Of a DNA stretch of 64,000 bases, positions 10,530 through 21,270 are shown piece by piece. The translations under genes were made by a program, and so were the position numbers. This DNA is from Bacilli bacterium (GTDB lineage Bacteria; Bacillota_I; Bacilli_A; RF39; UBA660), in contig JBKDZP010000007.1 of assembly GCA_047971315.1 (NCBI GenBank), positions 7,494 through 71,493 on the forward strand, read 5' to 3'. The notes beneath the pieces were generated by a model, which was given only the letters and a program-made list of their open reading frames with translations, did not search any database and was not told where the DNA came from. The stretch's first letter is position 1; the number at the start of each line of letters is the position of its first letter.

Positions 10530-12659
10530 ATGAAAAAAACTTTTGAATTAGATTTTAGAGGAAGAAAATTAATAATAGAACAAGGTGAACTAGCAAAACA
10601 AGCTAATGGAGCTGTATTAGTTAAATATGGAGATACAGTAGTATTATCCACAGCGGTAGTATCTAAAAATGCTAATATATTATCTGATTTTTTTCCATTA
10701 ATGGTTTTATATCAAGAAAAATTATATAGTGTAGGAAAAATTCCTGGTGGTTTTATTAAAAGAGAAGGTCGTCCTACAGAAAATGCAACACTTGCAGCAC
10801 GTATGATAGATAGACCAATGCGTCCACTATTTCCAGATGATTTTAAAAATGAAGTACAAATCGTAAATACAGTATTATCTGTAGATCAAGATAACTCCCC
10901 AGAGATGGCAGCAATGTTTGGGTCTAGTTTATCAGTATCAATTAGTAAAATCCCATTTGATGGACCAATAGCAGGAGTTAAAGTTGGACGTGTTAATGGT
11001 GAATTTGTAATTAATCCAACAACAGAACAATTAGAACAAAGTGATATTGATCTAACCTTAGCTGGTACAAAAACAGCTATAAATATGGTTGAAGCAGGTG
11101 CAAAAGAAGTTAATGAAGAAGACATGTTAGAAGCATTAATGTTTGGACATGCAGCAATTATTGAATTAGTAGAATTTCAAGAAAAAATAATAGAAGAAAT
11201 AGGTGTTGAGACAATGCCTTATGATGTCTTAGAAATTAACGATAATCTAAAAAATGAAATAAAAGGACTTGCATCTATAAAACTAAATGATGCAATGAGA
11301 ATTAAAGAAAAATTAGAAAAATACGATGCAATTGAATCAATAAAAAAAGATGTAGTATCAAAATTTGAACAAGAAAATTGTTCACTAAAAGATATTGAGC
11401 TAAAAGAACTAATTACTAAAGTTAAATTAGTATTGGAAGAAATTGAATATGAAATTTTTAGAAATATTGTAGTAACAGAAAAAATGAGAGCTGATGGTCG
11501 TAAAATGACAGAAATTAGACCATTATCAACTGATATTGATATTTTGCCTAGAACACACGGTTCTGCTTTATTTACTAGAGGTCAAACTCAAAGTTTATCT
11601 GTAGTTACCTTAGGTGCATTAGGAGAACATCAAATATTAGATGGTCTAAGTATAGAAGACGAAAAAAGATTTATGTTACACTATAACTTCCCACAATTTT
11701 CAGTTGGAGAAACAGGAAGATATGGTGCACCAGGGCGTAGAGAAGTAGGTCATGGTGCATTAGGTGAAAGAGCACTTGCTCAAGTATTACCATCAGAAGA
11801 TGAATTCCCTTATACAATACGTGTTGTATCAGAAATTCTTGAAAGTAATGGTTCATCTAGTCAAGCAAGTATTTGTGCTGGATGTATGGCTTTAATGGCA
11901 GCTGGAGTTCCAATTAAATCCCCAGTTGCTGGAATAGCAATGGGATTAATTACTAATGGAGATGACTATACAATCTTAACAGATATTCAAGGTATGGAAG
12001 ATCACTTAGGAGATATGGATTTTAAAGTAGCTGGAACTACAAAAGGTATTTGCGCCCTTCAAATGGATATTAAAATAAAAGGAATAACTAAACAAATATT
12101 AAAAGAAGCTTTAGAACAAGCTAAACAAGCTCGTTTTGAAATTCTAGAAGTAATAAATAATCAAATTTCAACTCCAAGAAAAGAAGTAAGTAAATATGCA
12201 CCAAAAACTATGACATTTATGATTGATCCAAATCGTATAAAAGAAGTTATTGGAAAAGGTGGAGATATGATTACTAAAATTATATTAGAATCAAGTAATG
12301 TTAAATCAGTAACTGATCCTAACGCTGTAAAAGTTGATTTAGAAGATGATGGAAGAGTAATTATATATCACTCTAATCAAGAAATAATTGATAAAACTGC
12401 AAACTGGATTAAAGAAATAGTTAAAGAAGTAGAAAATGATGTAATTTATAATGGAAAAGTCGTTAAAGTTGAAGACTTTGGATGTTTTGTTGAACTATGG
12501 CCAGGTTGTGAAGGATTAGTACATGTATCACAACTAGCAGAAGAACGAATTGAAAAACCAAGTGATATAGTTAAAGTTGGAGATGAAATACAAGTTAAAT
12601 CTATGGGTTATGATAAAAGAGGAAGATTAAATCTTTCTAGAAAAGAAGCAATAAAATAA
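10530..12659 (+). CDS. pnp: Polynucleotide phosphorylase
   Basis: AGGAGG RBS lies before the ATG at 10530; the track ORF starts earlier at 10503. Two RNase PH domains, KH and C-terminal S1 ([15 protein letters not shown]...GLVHVSQL). Confidence 0.95.
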   Translation: MKKTFELDFRGRKLIIEQGELAKQANGAVLVKYGDTVVLSTAVVSKNANILSDFFPLMVLYQEKLYSVGKIPGGFIKREGRPTENATLAARMIDRPMRPLFPDDFKNEVQIVNTVLSVDQDNSPEMAAMFGSSLSVSISKIPFDGPIAGVKVGRVNGEFVINPTTEQLEQSDIDLTLAGTKTAINMVEAGAKEVNEEDMLEALMFGHAAIIELVEFQEKIIEEIGVETMPYDVLEINDNLKNEIKGLASIKLNDAMRIKEKLEKYDAIESIKKDVVSKFEQENCSLKDIELKELITKVKLVLEEIEYEIFRNIVVTEKMRADGRKMTEIRPLSTDIDILPRTHGSALFTRGQTQSLSVVTLGALGEHQILDGLSIEDEKRFMLHYNFPQFSVGETGRYGAPGRREVGHGALGERALAQVLPSEDEFPYTIRVVSEILESNGSSSQASICAGCMALMAAGVPIKSPVAGIAMGLITNGDDYTILTDIQGMEDHLGDMDFKVAGTTKGICALQMDIKIKGITKQILKEALEQAKQARFEILEVINNQISTPRKEVSKYAPKTMTFMIDPNRIKEVIGKGGDMITKIILESSNVKSVTDPNAVKVDLEDDGRVIIYHSNQEIIDKTANWIKEIVKEVENDVIYNGKVVKVEDFGCFVELWPGCEGLVHVSQLAEERIEKPSDIVKVGDEIQVKSMGYDKRGRLNLSRKEAIK

Positions 12660-12679
12660 ACATTTTTCAGGGGGAATAA

Positions 12680-13540
12680 ATGACTGTTAATAAAAGAACT
12701 GAATTAAGAAAATCATTCTCAACAAAATGTTTTGAAAATAATACTTTTCCAAGCAATGATATATATGCTGTTTATTTAAACTTAGAAGAAAACTCAAGAA
12801 ATAATCCAAAAATCTTTAAGGAACTAATTACCTTAATATGGTCTGATGCTTATAAAATTATTAGACAACAAGAAAATAATAATACATTACTACCTTTTGA
12901 ATACAAGTACATTGAAGATATAAAATATTTAGAAAATATAGAATATATATCACCAGATAATTTTGAATTAGTATCATTTATGATTTCTAAATTCAAGCAA
13001 TTTTGTAGTTATGATTTTTTTAGTAAAGTTAATTGTTTATTAGAATTAAATAATTTTGATCATGATAAAATAGCTGAAATTGATGAAAATCATTTAAAAG
13101 AATTTGTAGAATATGGATTACACATAGATTCATACTATTATATTATTGAATACTTGAATAACAACAGAAACAATGAAACTTATTTTGAACAAAAATTAAA
13201 AAATTATTTATTAAAACTTAAAATTCAAAAGCCTGATTTTTTTATCAAAAATATGCAAGATATGCTTTGGAGAATTTATGAAGAAAAATCAATTTTAATT
13301 AGAAATGGTAAAACATTAAATAATTCTCCAGAACAAGATATATTTATTAAAATAAAAACTGAAGAATTAGAAGAAATAATAAATTATATATTAAGTGATG
13401 AATATGATTTAATATTTGTTATTAATCTATTTATTAACTCTGTTATCAAAAAACAAAATATAAATGAATTATTTATACCAGATATTGAAGATATAGAAAT
13501 AGAAAATAAAATATATAAAAAAAATAAAAGAAATAATTAG
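12680..13540 (+). CDS. Hypothetical protein
   Basis: 286 aa helical, acidic ORF with GGGAATAA-like RBS. No family recognised. Confidence 0.35.
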   Translation: MTVNKRTELRKSFSTKCFENNTFPSNDIYAVYLNLEENSRNNPKIFKELITLIWSDAYKIIRQQENNNTLLPFEYKYIEDIKYLENIEYISPDNFELVSFMISKFKQFCSYDFFSKVNCLLELNNFDHDKIAEIDENHLKEFVEYGLHIDSYYYIIEYLNNNRNNETYFEQKLKNYLLKLKIQKPDFFIKNMQDMLWRIYEEKSILIRNGKTLNNSPEQDIFIKIKTEELEEIINYILSDEYDLIFVINLFINSVIKKQNINELFIPDIEDIEIENKIYKKNKRNN

Positions 13541-13896
13541 TCTTTTATTTTTTTGTATACATCGTTAATACTTAACATTTCTTCACTGTAACTTGGAATA
13601 ATATGTAAATGAAAATGTTTTACTTCTTGTAAATCACCATTATTTTGGACTAGTGAACATCCTTTAATATTTAATTTGTCTTCAAGTAATAATTTTACTT
13701 TTTTAGATGTTTTTAAAATATTATTTAAAGTCATTTCATCAATATCATCTAAATCTTTAAAATGTTTCTTTGGTATGATTAAACTATGTCCATTACTTTT
13801 TGGATTTACATCTAAAAATACCTTTACAAAATCATTTTCGTATATTGTATGTGATTGAATATTTCCATTTACTATTTCACAAAAAATACAATTCAT
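13537..13896 (-). CDS. HIT-family (histidine triad) hydrolase
   Basis: HFHLHIIP histidine triad and CIFCEIV N-terminus. Start trimmed to the Met that has an AAGGAG RBS (complement of 13906..13911). Confidence 0.8.
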   Translation of the reverse strand: MNCIFCEIVNGNIQSHTIYENDFVKVFLDVNPKSNGHSLIIPKKHFKDLDDIDEMTLNNILKTSKKVKLLLEDKLNIKGCSLVQNNGDLQEVKHFHLHIIPSYSEEMLSINDVYKKIKD

Positions 13897-14085
13897 TATC
13901 TCAACTCCTTGTATAATTATAATATAAACAAATATAAAAATAAACAAAATAAAAAGAAAAGATTATTTTCTTTAAGTGAATATCTGCGAATATCCATTAA
14001 TAATATGAAAAAAAATTTTTATTTTATACAAAAACTAGTTTATTTATGTTTTTTTTGGTAAAATATTTATATTGGAGATGATAAC

Positions 14086-14850
14086 ATGCATATATTAGAA
14101 ATTAAAAATTTGTGTGCGAAAATAGAAGATAAAGAAATTTTAAAAGATTTTAATTTAAAAATAAAAAGTGGAGAAATACATGCCATAATGGGTCCTAATG
14201 GAACAGGTAAATCAACCTTATCAAAAGTAATAATGGGGGACTGTAATTATACTGTAACATCTGGAGAAATAACATATGATAATAAAAATATAAATGACTT
14301 AACAGTTGATGAACGAGCAAGACTAGGTATATTTTTAGGGATGCAATTACCAACTGAAATAGAAGGTGTAACAAATGCTGATTTTTTAAGAACAGCACTA
14401 CATAATAAAGAAGGTAAAGATTTTAAATTAATGAATTTTATAAAAGAACTTAATAGTACTTGGGATAAACTAAATATGGATAAAGATATGATTCATAGAT
14501 CTGTAAATAAAGGTTTTTCAGGTGGTGAAAAGAAAAAAAATGAAATAATTCAAATGTATATTCTTAAACCTTCCTTAATTTTATTAGATGAAATTGATTC
14601 TGGATTAGATGTAGACTCATTGAAACTAGTTGGTCAAAATGTAGTTGAATATTTTAATAATTCTGAGAGTGGGATTTTATTAATAACACACTATCAAAGA
14701 CTTCTTGATTATATTAAACCAGATTTTATTCATGTAATGATGAATGGAACAATTATCAAAACAGGTGATATTTCATTAGTTAAAATTATTGAAGAAAAAG
14801 GTTATGAATTTATCAAAGATAATCTAACAAACTGTGAAATTCATGAATAA
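14086..14850 (+). CDS. sufC: Fe-S cluster assembly ATPase SufC
   Basis: Walker A GPNGTGKST, signature FSGGEKKKNEI, Walker B ILLDEIDSGLD. Confidence 0.9.
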   Translation: MHILEIKNLCAKIEDKEILKDFNLKIKSGEIHAIMGPNGTGKSTLSKVIMGDCNYTVTSGEITYDNKNINDLTVDERARLGIFLGMQLPTEIEGVTNADFLRTALHNKEGKDFKLMNFIKELNSTWDKLNMDKDMIHRSVNKGFSGGEKKKNEIIQMYILKPSLILLDEIDSGLDVDSLKLVGQNVVEYFNNSESGILLITHYQRLLDYIKPDFIHVMMNGTIIKTGDISLVKIIEEKGYEFIKDNLTNCEIHE

Positions 14851-15619
14851 AATTGTAGTTAATGAAGATAATAGTTTTGATATTAACTTAGACTCTCAAA
14901 TAATTTTAAAAAAAAATGTAGAAAATGAAATTACTGAATTAAATTTAAAATTTAATGCTGATACTGATTTAGAAATAATATACAATAATAAAGAAAATAA
15001 ATATAATATAATAATAGAAGTTGAAGAAAATGTTACCGCTAAAATATTAGAAATAAGAAGTAGTCAAAAACAAAAAATACAAAATAAGTATTATTTAAAA
15101 AGATATAGTAATTTAGAGGTAATTAAATTTTATGATTGTAGTCAAATAAAAGAAATGGACTTAATTTATTTAGGTGGAGAATATGCAAATATAAATTATA
15201 CTTTAAAAACAATTTCAAAAGAAAAACAAAAATTTGATATAATAGTTTATCATAATTGCTCAAATACAATTAGTAACATATATAATAATGGAGCCAATAT
15301 CAAAGATGGAATTTTAGATTTCAATATAACATCAATTGTAAATAATGGGATTAAGGGGTGCAAACTAAATCAAGATAGTCGTATTCTAATTTTAAATAAT
15401 AATAAATGTAATATTAATCCTAACTTATTAATTGAGGAAAATGATGTAGAAGCAAATCACTCTGCAAGTATTGGAACCTTTAGTAATGAAGTTCTATTTT
15501 ATCTTCAAAGTAGAGGTATTGAATATGAAAAAGCAATAAATCTATTAGTAAGAGGTTTCCTTACTACAAATTTAAATAATGAATTTATAAATCAAATTAT
15601 AAATAAATATTGGAGGTGA
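14834..15619 (+). CDS. SufB/SufD-family Fe-S assembly protein (short, 261 aa)
   Basis: C-terminal region ...EANHSASIGTFSNEVLFYLQSRGIEYEKAINLLVRGFL matches the conserved SufB/D C-terminus. Much shorter than typical SufB or SufD. Confidence 0.65.
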   Translation: MKFMNKIVVNEDNSFDINLDSQIILKKNVENEITELNLKFNADTDLEIIYNNKENKYNIIIEVEENVTAKILEIRSSQKQKIQNKYYLKRYSNLEVIKFYDCSQIKEMDLIYLGGEYANINYTLKTISKEKQKFDIIVYHNCSNTISNIYNNGANIKDGILDFNITSIVNNGIKGCKLNQDSRILILNNNKCNINPNLLIEENDVEANHSASIGTFSNEVLFYLQSRGIEYEKAINLLVRGFLTTNLNNEFINQIINKYWR

Positions 15620-15623
15620 AAAT

Positions 15624-16817
15624 ATGTTTAGAGAAGATTTTCCAATGTTAAATCAGCATATTATATATTTAGATAATGGAGCAACAACATTTAAACCTAA
15701 TGTTGTTATAGGTTCAATAAGTGACTACTATAATAATTATAGTGCAAATGCTCATAGAGGAGACTATGATATAAGTTTAAAAGTAGATGAAAAATTTGAA
15801 AAAACAAGAATAAAAATAAAAGAATTTATTAATTCGAACAGTTCAAAAGAAATAATATTTACTAGTGGAACAACTGATTCATTAAATAAAATAATATTTG
15901 GTTATTTTAAAAATTACCTAAAACAAGGAGATGAAGTTTTAATTACTAAAAGTGAACATGCATCTAATGTCTTACCTTGGTTTGAATTAGCTAATGAACT
16001 TGGTATTATAATTAAATATATTGAATTAGATTCTAAATTAAAAATTAATATAGAAAATGTAGAAAAAGCAATAACAAATAAAACAAAAGTAATTAGTTTA
16101 GCTCATATAACAAATGTAGTTGGTGATATTAGACCAATAAAAGAAATAACAAAATTAGCTCATAAAAGAAATATATTAGTTGTATGTGATGGAGCACAAA
16201 GTGTACCACATTTGAAAATAGATGTCCAAGATCTAGAAATAGATTTTTTAGCATTTTCAGCTCATAAAATGTATGGACCAACTGGTTTAGGAATACTATA
16301 TGGGAAAGAACAACTTTTAGAAAATACCCGACCTATAATATTTGGTGGTGGAATGAACTCTAGCTTTTCAAGTATTGGAGATAAACAATATAAAGAATTA
16401 CCATATCTATTAGAAGCAGGAACTCCAAATATAGCTGGGGTAATTGGATTTGGTAGTGTAATAGATTATCTAGAAAATATTGGAATAAATAAAATAAATG
16501 AACATGAAAAAGAGCTCCACCAATATACATTAAATCAACTAAAAACAGTTCCTGAATTAATAATATATAATGAATTTAGTGAAAGTGGTATAATTGCCTT
16601 TAATTTTAAAAATGTTTTTGCTCAGGATTTAGCAATATATTTAAATAAATATAAAATATGTGTTCGTGCTGGAAATCATTGTGCCAAAATATTAAAAGAA
16701 GAGCTTAATGTCAAAAATACTTGTCGTATTAGTTTAAGTTTATATAATACTAAACAAGAGATAGATTATTTAGTTAAAATATTAAACAATCCAAATTTAA
16801 AAAATGAAATAATTTAA
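15624..16817 (+). CDS. sufS: Cysteine desulfurase SufS
   Basis: GGAGGTG RBS. PLP-lysine motif SAHKMYGPTGLG and active-site Cys in RAGNHCA. Confidence 0.85.
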   Translation: MFREDFPMLNQHIIYLDNGATTFKPNVVIGSISDYYNNYSANAHRGDYDISLKVDEKFEKTRIKIKEFINSNSSKEIIFTSGTTDSLNKIIFGYFKNYLKQGDEVLITKSEHASNVLPWFELANELGIIIKYIELDSKLKINIENVEKAITNKTKVISLAHITNVVGDIRPIKEITKLAHKRNILVVCDGAQSVPHLKIDVQDLEIDFLAFSAHKMYGPTGLGILYGKEQLLENTRPIIFGGGMNSSFSSIGDKQYKELPYLLEAGTPNIAGVIGFGSVIDYLENIGINKINEHEKELHQYTLNQLKTVPELIIYNEFSESGIIAFNFKNVFAQDLAIYLNKYKICVRAGNHCAKILKEELNVKNTCRISLSLYNTKQEIDYLVKILNNPNLKNEII

Positions 16818-16873
16818 GATTGGAAAAAATCAATTTATATGATATAATTTTTAAATGTAAAGGTGTGTGACTT

Positions 16874-17179
16874 ATGGATTTAATTATTTTATTATTACTT
16901 ATGGTAGCAGTTATATTTTTCTTTAGAAATTTTAGAGCTTTCGTATTTTTTTTAGCGAGTATAGAAATTATATTTCATATTTTAACTTATATAAAGTTAC
17001 ATATTGGAGTAGCTGAGGTAACTACATTAATTGATAAATATATACCAGAATCCATATTAGCCATATTGTCACAATATACTAGTGGACTATTCTACGATAT
17101 TTTAGCTTGGTTATTTTTAGCTTGTTTTATCGTATTTGAGATAAATGTAATTAAAATTCTTTTCAAAAAAAAGAAATAA
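16874..17179 (+). CDS. Hypothetical small membrane protein
   Basis: 101 aa with 3 predicted TM helices. Followed by a strong terminator (aattctgaa/ttcagaatt hairpin plus T-run, 17179..17206). Confidence 0.4.
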   Translation: MDLIILLLLMVAVIFFFRNFRAFVFFLASIEIIFHILTYIKLHIGVAEVTTLIDKYIPESILAILSQYTSGLFYDILAWLFLACFIVFEINVIKILFKKKK

Positions 17180-17299
17180 ATTCTGAAATAATTCAGAATT
17201 TTTTTTGTAGTAAATTTAAATATATTGGTAATATTATATAGTAGTTACAAATCGACAAAATAATATGAAAAAAAATGACATAATAAAACAGGTGATAAC

Positions 17300-17713
17300 A
17301 TGAGAAAATATTATTTATTTATAATTAAAAATAATTACTTTAAAAATTATCAAAAAAAACCAAATATAATATATAAAAACTTAGAAAATATATATAAAAT
17401 TAGAAAATATGATTTTCCTTATGGAATAAATCTTTATCATCAATTATGTCAACCATTTGGTTTTAAAATACTTACAAATTATATAAATAATAAATTTGAT
17501 TATAAAAAAATATCTGAGAAAATAATTAAATTAGAATCAAATTTTGAAGTAACTTATATTCAAATTAACTATTCATCAGTAATTATAGTATCTAGTGAAA
17601 ATATGCCAGAAATATTTAAAACACTCTACATTTATAATAAAAATATATTTGTATGTGATTTTATAAATCAAGACTATTTTTGGTTAACAAAACAAATAAA
17701 ACTAATAAAATGA
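17300..17713 (+). CDS. Hypothetical protein
   Basis: 137 aa ORF, no recognisable motifs. Confidence 0.3.
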   Translation: MRKYYLFIIKNNYFKNYQKKPNIIYKNLENIYKIRKYDFPYGINLYHQLCQPFGFKILTNYINNKFDYKKISEKIIKLESNFEVTYIQINYSSVIIVSSENMPEIFKTLYIYNKNIFVCDFINQDYFWLTKQIKLIK

Positions 17714-17760
17714 AATTTTTGTCATCTAATTACATATAATAATTTAGGTAGGGTGAGGTT

Positions 17761-18126
17761 ATGAATAAAATTGATTTATTCAAAGAATTTGTTAAGAGAA
17801 ATCCTCAGCTAATTAAACATGTTAAAGAAGGAAATATGACTTGGCAAAAATATTTTGAAATATTTGACTTATATGGAGAAAATAGTAGTGAATGGAATCA
17901 ATATATAAATAAACAAGATGATTTAAAACAAGTATCTACAAATACATTATCATTTACAGATTTATTAGGTTTTTTTAAAGGCATGAATTTAGATGCGATG
18001 CAAGAGGGATTAAACAGTGTAGGAAGAGTTGTAAGTGTATTACAAGAACTAGGCGGAAAAGAAAATAATAGAGTTGCTAAACCAGAATATAAACCAAGAC
18101 CTTTATATAAACATTTTGAGGATTAA
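17761..18126 (+). CDS. Small conserved hypothetical protein (position matches ylbD/ylbE-like genes upstream of rsmD in Bacilli)
   Basis: 121 aa. Its stop overlaps the start of the next small ORF (taATGa). Assignment is by synteny only. Confidence 0.35.
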   Translation: MNKIDLFKEFVKRNPQLIKHVKEGNMTWQKYFEIFDLYGENSSEWNQYINKQDDLKQVSTNTLSFTDLLGFFKGMNLDAMQEGLNSVGRVVSVLQELGGKENNRVAKPEYKPRPLYKHFED

Positions 18127-18347
18127 TGACATTAGATATTCAATTTAAAATAAAAAATAATCCTAACTATAAAAAATACATTAGAGAAAATTCATGGTGG
18201 TATAAAACATTAAATCGAGACCCAGAAAAATTTAAAATTTTTGAAGAAAAAGTAAGAGAAGATTATAAGCTAAGAATTAGTGACAAAGTAGGAAAGGCAA
18301 TTGATACTTTTGAATTATTACAAAATTTAATGTCAGCTATAAAATAA
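18126..18347 (+). CDS. Small conserved hypothetical protein (ylbE-like by position)
   Basis: 73 aa, translationally coupled to the upstream ORF. Confidence 0.35.
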   Translation: MTLDIQFKIKNNPNYKKYIRENSWWYKTLNRDPEKFKIFEEKVREDYKLRISDKVGKAIDTFELLQNLMSAIK

Positions 18348-18381
18348 TCAAAAAATATGATATACTCATACTGGTGATGAC

Positions 18382-18912
18382 ATGAGAATAATAAGTGGTA
18401 AATTTAAAGGGAAAAAATTGATAGGTTTTGATATAGAAGGTACTAGACCAACAATGGATAGAATTAAAGAATCATTATTTGGAATGATTCAATCCAATTT
18501 AAAAAACAGTGTTTGTCTAGATCTATTTGCTGGTTCTGGTTCTTTAGGATTAGAAGCTTTAAGTAATGGTGCTAAGTGTTGTTATTTTGTTGATAATAAT
18601 AAAATTATACTTGATATTTTAAGTAAAAATTTAAAAGACATTAATAATGCTTATATAATAAAAGATAATTATGAAGAAGCTTTAAAACAATTTAAAAAAT
18701 TAAATATAAAGTTTGATTTAGTATTTCTAGATCCACCATACTTATTAAATTTAATAAATAATTCGCTTTTAAATTTAATAGAATTAGATTTACTTAGTAA
18801 AGAAGCTATTATTGTTTGTGAATATACACAAGAAAAAATAAATAATTATGATTTAAATTTAATTAAAGAAAAACAATATAAAGATAAAATAATAAAGATA
18901 TATCAAAAGTAA
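18382..18912 (+). CDS. rsmD: 16S rRNA (guanine966-N2)-methyltransferase RsmD
   Basis: DLFAGSGSLGLEALSNGA SAM-binding motif, VFLDPPY motif, ~176 aa. Confidence 0.8.
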   Translation: MRIISGKFKGKKLIGFDIEGTRPTMDRIKESLFGMIQSNLKNSVCLDLFAGSGSLGLEALSNGAKCCYFVDNNKIILDILSKNLKDINNAYIIKDNYEEALKQFKKLNIKFDLVFLDPPYLLNLINNSLLNLIELDLLSKEAIIVCEYTQEKINNYDLNLIKEKQYKDKIIKIYQK

Positions 18913-18984
18913 AATAAATTTTTTACTTTTTTTAAAGGATATTTTATAAATATTTTGTAAGATACAAGTAAGGAGGTAATAAAT

Positions 18985-21057
18985 ATTCAAAAATATCCTT
19001 TTATAAAACAACAAAATTTAAAAGATTGTGGAGCTGCCTCTCTTTGGATGATTGTAAAATACTATAACGGAGACATTAGTATTTCTAAATTAGCTGAAAT
19101 GAGTTATACAAATAAATTTGGGACAAGCGCTTATCATTTAGTTGAAACTCTAAAAAAAATAGGATTTGAATCAGAGGGAATAAAATTAGATTTAAATGAA
19201 TTAAAAAATTATAATCAATTTCCAGTAATTGCTCATACAACAGTTAATAAATACTTTGGACACTTTGTAGTTATTTATAAAATAGATAAAAATAATAACT
19301 TTATAATTGGTGATCCAAGTAGAAAAATAGTTAAAATAAAAAAAGAAGAATTTACTAAAATATATAATGGAATAGTTATAACTGCTAAACCAATTAAAAC
19401 GATTCCTAGATATTCAAAAAATAAATTTGTTCTAAATTATATTTTTAATATAATAATAAATAATAAATTATTTTTTATACTTATATTCATTTTTTCAATT
19501 TTATCAACTATTTTAACTATTTTTATAACATTTTATTTTCAATTTATGATTGATAGTATAACAAATCTACAAATAAATTTAATTAAAATATTTATGATTA
19601 GTTTATTTATACAATTGATAATTCTAATATTTAACTATATTAGAAATGAATTTATTATATTAATCAATAAAAAAATTGATGATAATTTAACTTTTAATGT
19701 TTTTAAAAAGATAATGTTACTTCCTTATCCATATTACAAAAATAGAACAACAGGAGAGGTTATTTCTAGAATAACAGATTTAGTTAAAATAAAAGATTTA
19801 ATAAGTGAAATTTTAATATTTAGTATAATTGATTTTATTTTATCACTACTTTCAGGTATTGTAATATTTAATATAAATCAAAAATTATTCTATTTTTCAT
19901 TAATAATATTAATTGTTCATTTCATACTTATTATTTTATTTAAAATGAAGAAGATAAATAAAATTGAAAAAGTATTAAGAAATAAAGATACAATTAATTC
20001 CATAATGATTGAAAGTATCAATGGGTTTGAAACAATAAAAGGACTAGGTGTTGAAAATATATTTATTAATAAATTTAAAATTAAATTTTTTAATTATACA
20101 AAAGAAATATTTAGTTTAGAAAAATTTCAAAATAAAGAAATATTCATTACAAATTTAATTAGTAATTTAAGCTTTTTGTTAATTATTTTTCTAGGAATTA
20201 TTTTGATAAAAAATAATCAATTATCGATAGGAGAATTAATTACAATTCAATTTCTATTGAATTTATTTTTAGAACCTATAAAAAAAATAATTAATTCAAG
20301 TACTAATATATTTGAAAGTATAGAATCAATAAAAAGAATTGATGAAATATTATTTATAGAAGAAGAAAAAATAGAATTAAGCAGTTTTAATGAAATACAA
20401 ATTAATTGTTTAACCTATAATCAGGGAAATATTAAACCAATTTTAAATAATATATGTCTTTCAATCAATAAATCAAATAAAATAATGCTTATAGGAAAAA
20501 GTGGAAGTGGAAAAAGTACTTTATTAAAAATTTTAAAAGGTTACTATAAAATAGAAGACAATCATGTATTTATTGATAATATTGATATAAATAAAATAAG
20601 TAATGAAAATATAAAAGATAATATTACTTTAGTAGCTGAAAAAGAAATACTATTTACTGATACCATTTATAATAATATTTTAGTTGATAGACAACTAAAT
20701 CAAAACGAATTTCTAGAAATTGTAGATATTTGTGAAATAAATGAAATAACTAAAAACAATAATTTTGGAATAAATATGTTTATAGAAGAAAATGGTTATA
20801 ATTTATCATTGGGAGAAAAAGAGCGCATTATATTAGCTAGAGCTTTAGTAAATAAATTTAAAATATTACTTATTGATGAAGGATTAAGCCAAGTAGATAC
20901 AAATATGGAAAGAAGAATAATAAAAAAACTATTTTCAAAATATAAAGATAAAATAATAATTATAATAACTCACAGAACAGATAATATGGATTTATTTAAT
21001 AAAGTTGTTCGAATAGAAGATGGAAATATCTTAGAAATTTTAAAAAAGGAGGATTAA
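18985..21057 (+). CDS. Bacteriocin-processing ABC transporter with N-terminal C39 peptidase domain
   Basis: The C39 catalytic region QQNLKDCGAASLWMIVKYYNG and His-region FGHFVVIY are present. The Cys lies upstream of the first ATG at 19048. The frame is open from the stop at 18958, and an AGGAGG RBS at 18971..18976 suggests an ATT (18985) or ATA start. TMD with 6 helices. NBD has Walker A GKSGSGKST, signature LSLGEKERI, Walker B ILLIDEGLSQVD. Confidence 0.85.
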   Translation: MQKYPFIKQQNLKDCGAASLWMIVKYYNGDISISKLAEMSYTNKFGTSAYHLVETLKKIGFESEGIKLDLNELKNYNQFPVIAHTTVNKYFGHFVVIYKIDKNNNFIIGDPSRKIVKIKKEEFTKIYNGIVITAKPIKTIPRYSKNKFVLNYIFNIIINNKLFFILIFIFSILSTILTIFITFYFQFMIDSITNLQINLIKIFMISLFIQLIILIFNYIRNEFIILINKKIDDNLTFNVFKKIMLLPYPYYKNRTTGEVISRITDLVKIKDLISEILIFSIIDFILSLLSGIVIFNINQKLFYFSLIILIVHFILIILFKMKKINKIEKVLRNKDTINSIMIESINGFETIKGLGVENIFINKFKIKFFNYTKEIFSLEKFQNKEIFITNLISNLSFLLIIFLGIILIKNNQLSIGELITIQFLLNLFLEPIKKIINSSTNIFESIESIKRIDEILFIEEEKIELSSFNEIQINCLTYNQGNIKPILNNICLSINKSNKIMLIGKSGSGKSTLLKILKGYYKIEDNHVFIDNIDINKISNENIKDNITLVAEKEILFTDTIYNNILVDRQLNQNEFLEIVDICEINEITKNNNFGINMFIEENGYNLSLGEKERIILARALVNKFKILLIDEGLSQVDTNMERRIIKKLFSKYKDKIIIIITHRTDNMDLFNKVVRIEDGNILEILKKED

Positions 21058-21123
21058 ATTTATGTTTAGATATATTAGATTAATAATTGCAGCATTACTT
21101 AAATTTATGTAGGAGGAACAAAA

Positions 21124-21261
21124 ATGACAATCGAAAAAGAAGAATTATATAAAATTACAGGTGGTGGTATATCATTTGGGTGGTCAATGTTTATTGGTGG
21201 AGCAATTTCTTTAATAATAGGAATAATTGATGGATATATTCGCCCATTAAAATGTAATTAA
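21124..21261 (+). CDS. Double-glycine-leader bacteriocin precursor peptide A (45 aa; not in ORF track)
   Basis: AGGAGG RBS at 21111..21116, 7 nt before ATG. MTIEKEELYKITGG|GISFGWSMFIGGAISLIIGIIDGYIRPLKCN. The leader has the consensus Glu-8, Leu-7, Ile-4, Gly-2, Gly-1. The mature part is GxxxG-rich and amphiphilic. Confidence 0.75.
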   Translation: MTIEKEELYKITGGGISFGWSMFIGGAISLIIGIIDGYIRPLKCN

Positions 21262-21270
21262 GGAGGATTA

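Noticed and set aside
13855-14061. 68 aa ORF (and 13676..13858 +) in the HIT-sufC intergenic/antisense region
   Set aside because: It overlaps the HIT gene 5' end and promoter region, has no RBS, and has low-complexity Tyr/Asn/Lys composition.
21062-21112. 16-codon ORF (MFRYIRLIIAALLKFM) between the ABC exporter and peptide A
   Set aside because: It has no RBS, no leader motif and is very short. It probably is just intergenic sequence carrying the peptide promoter.
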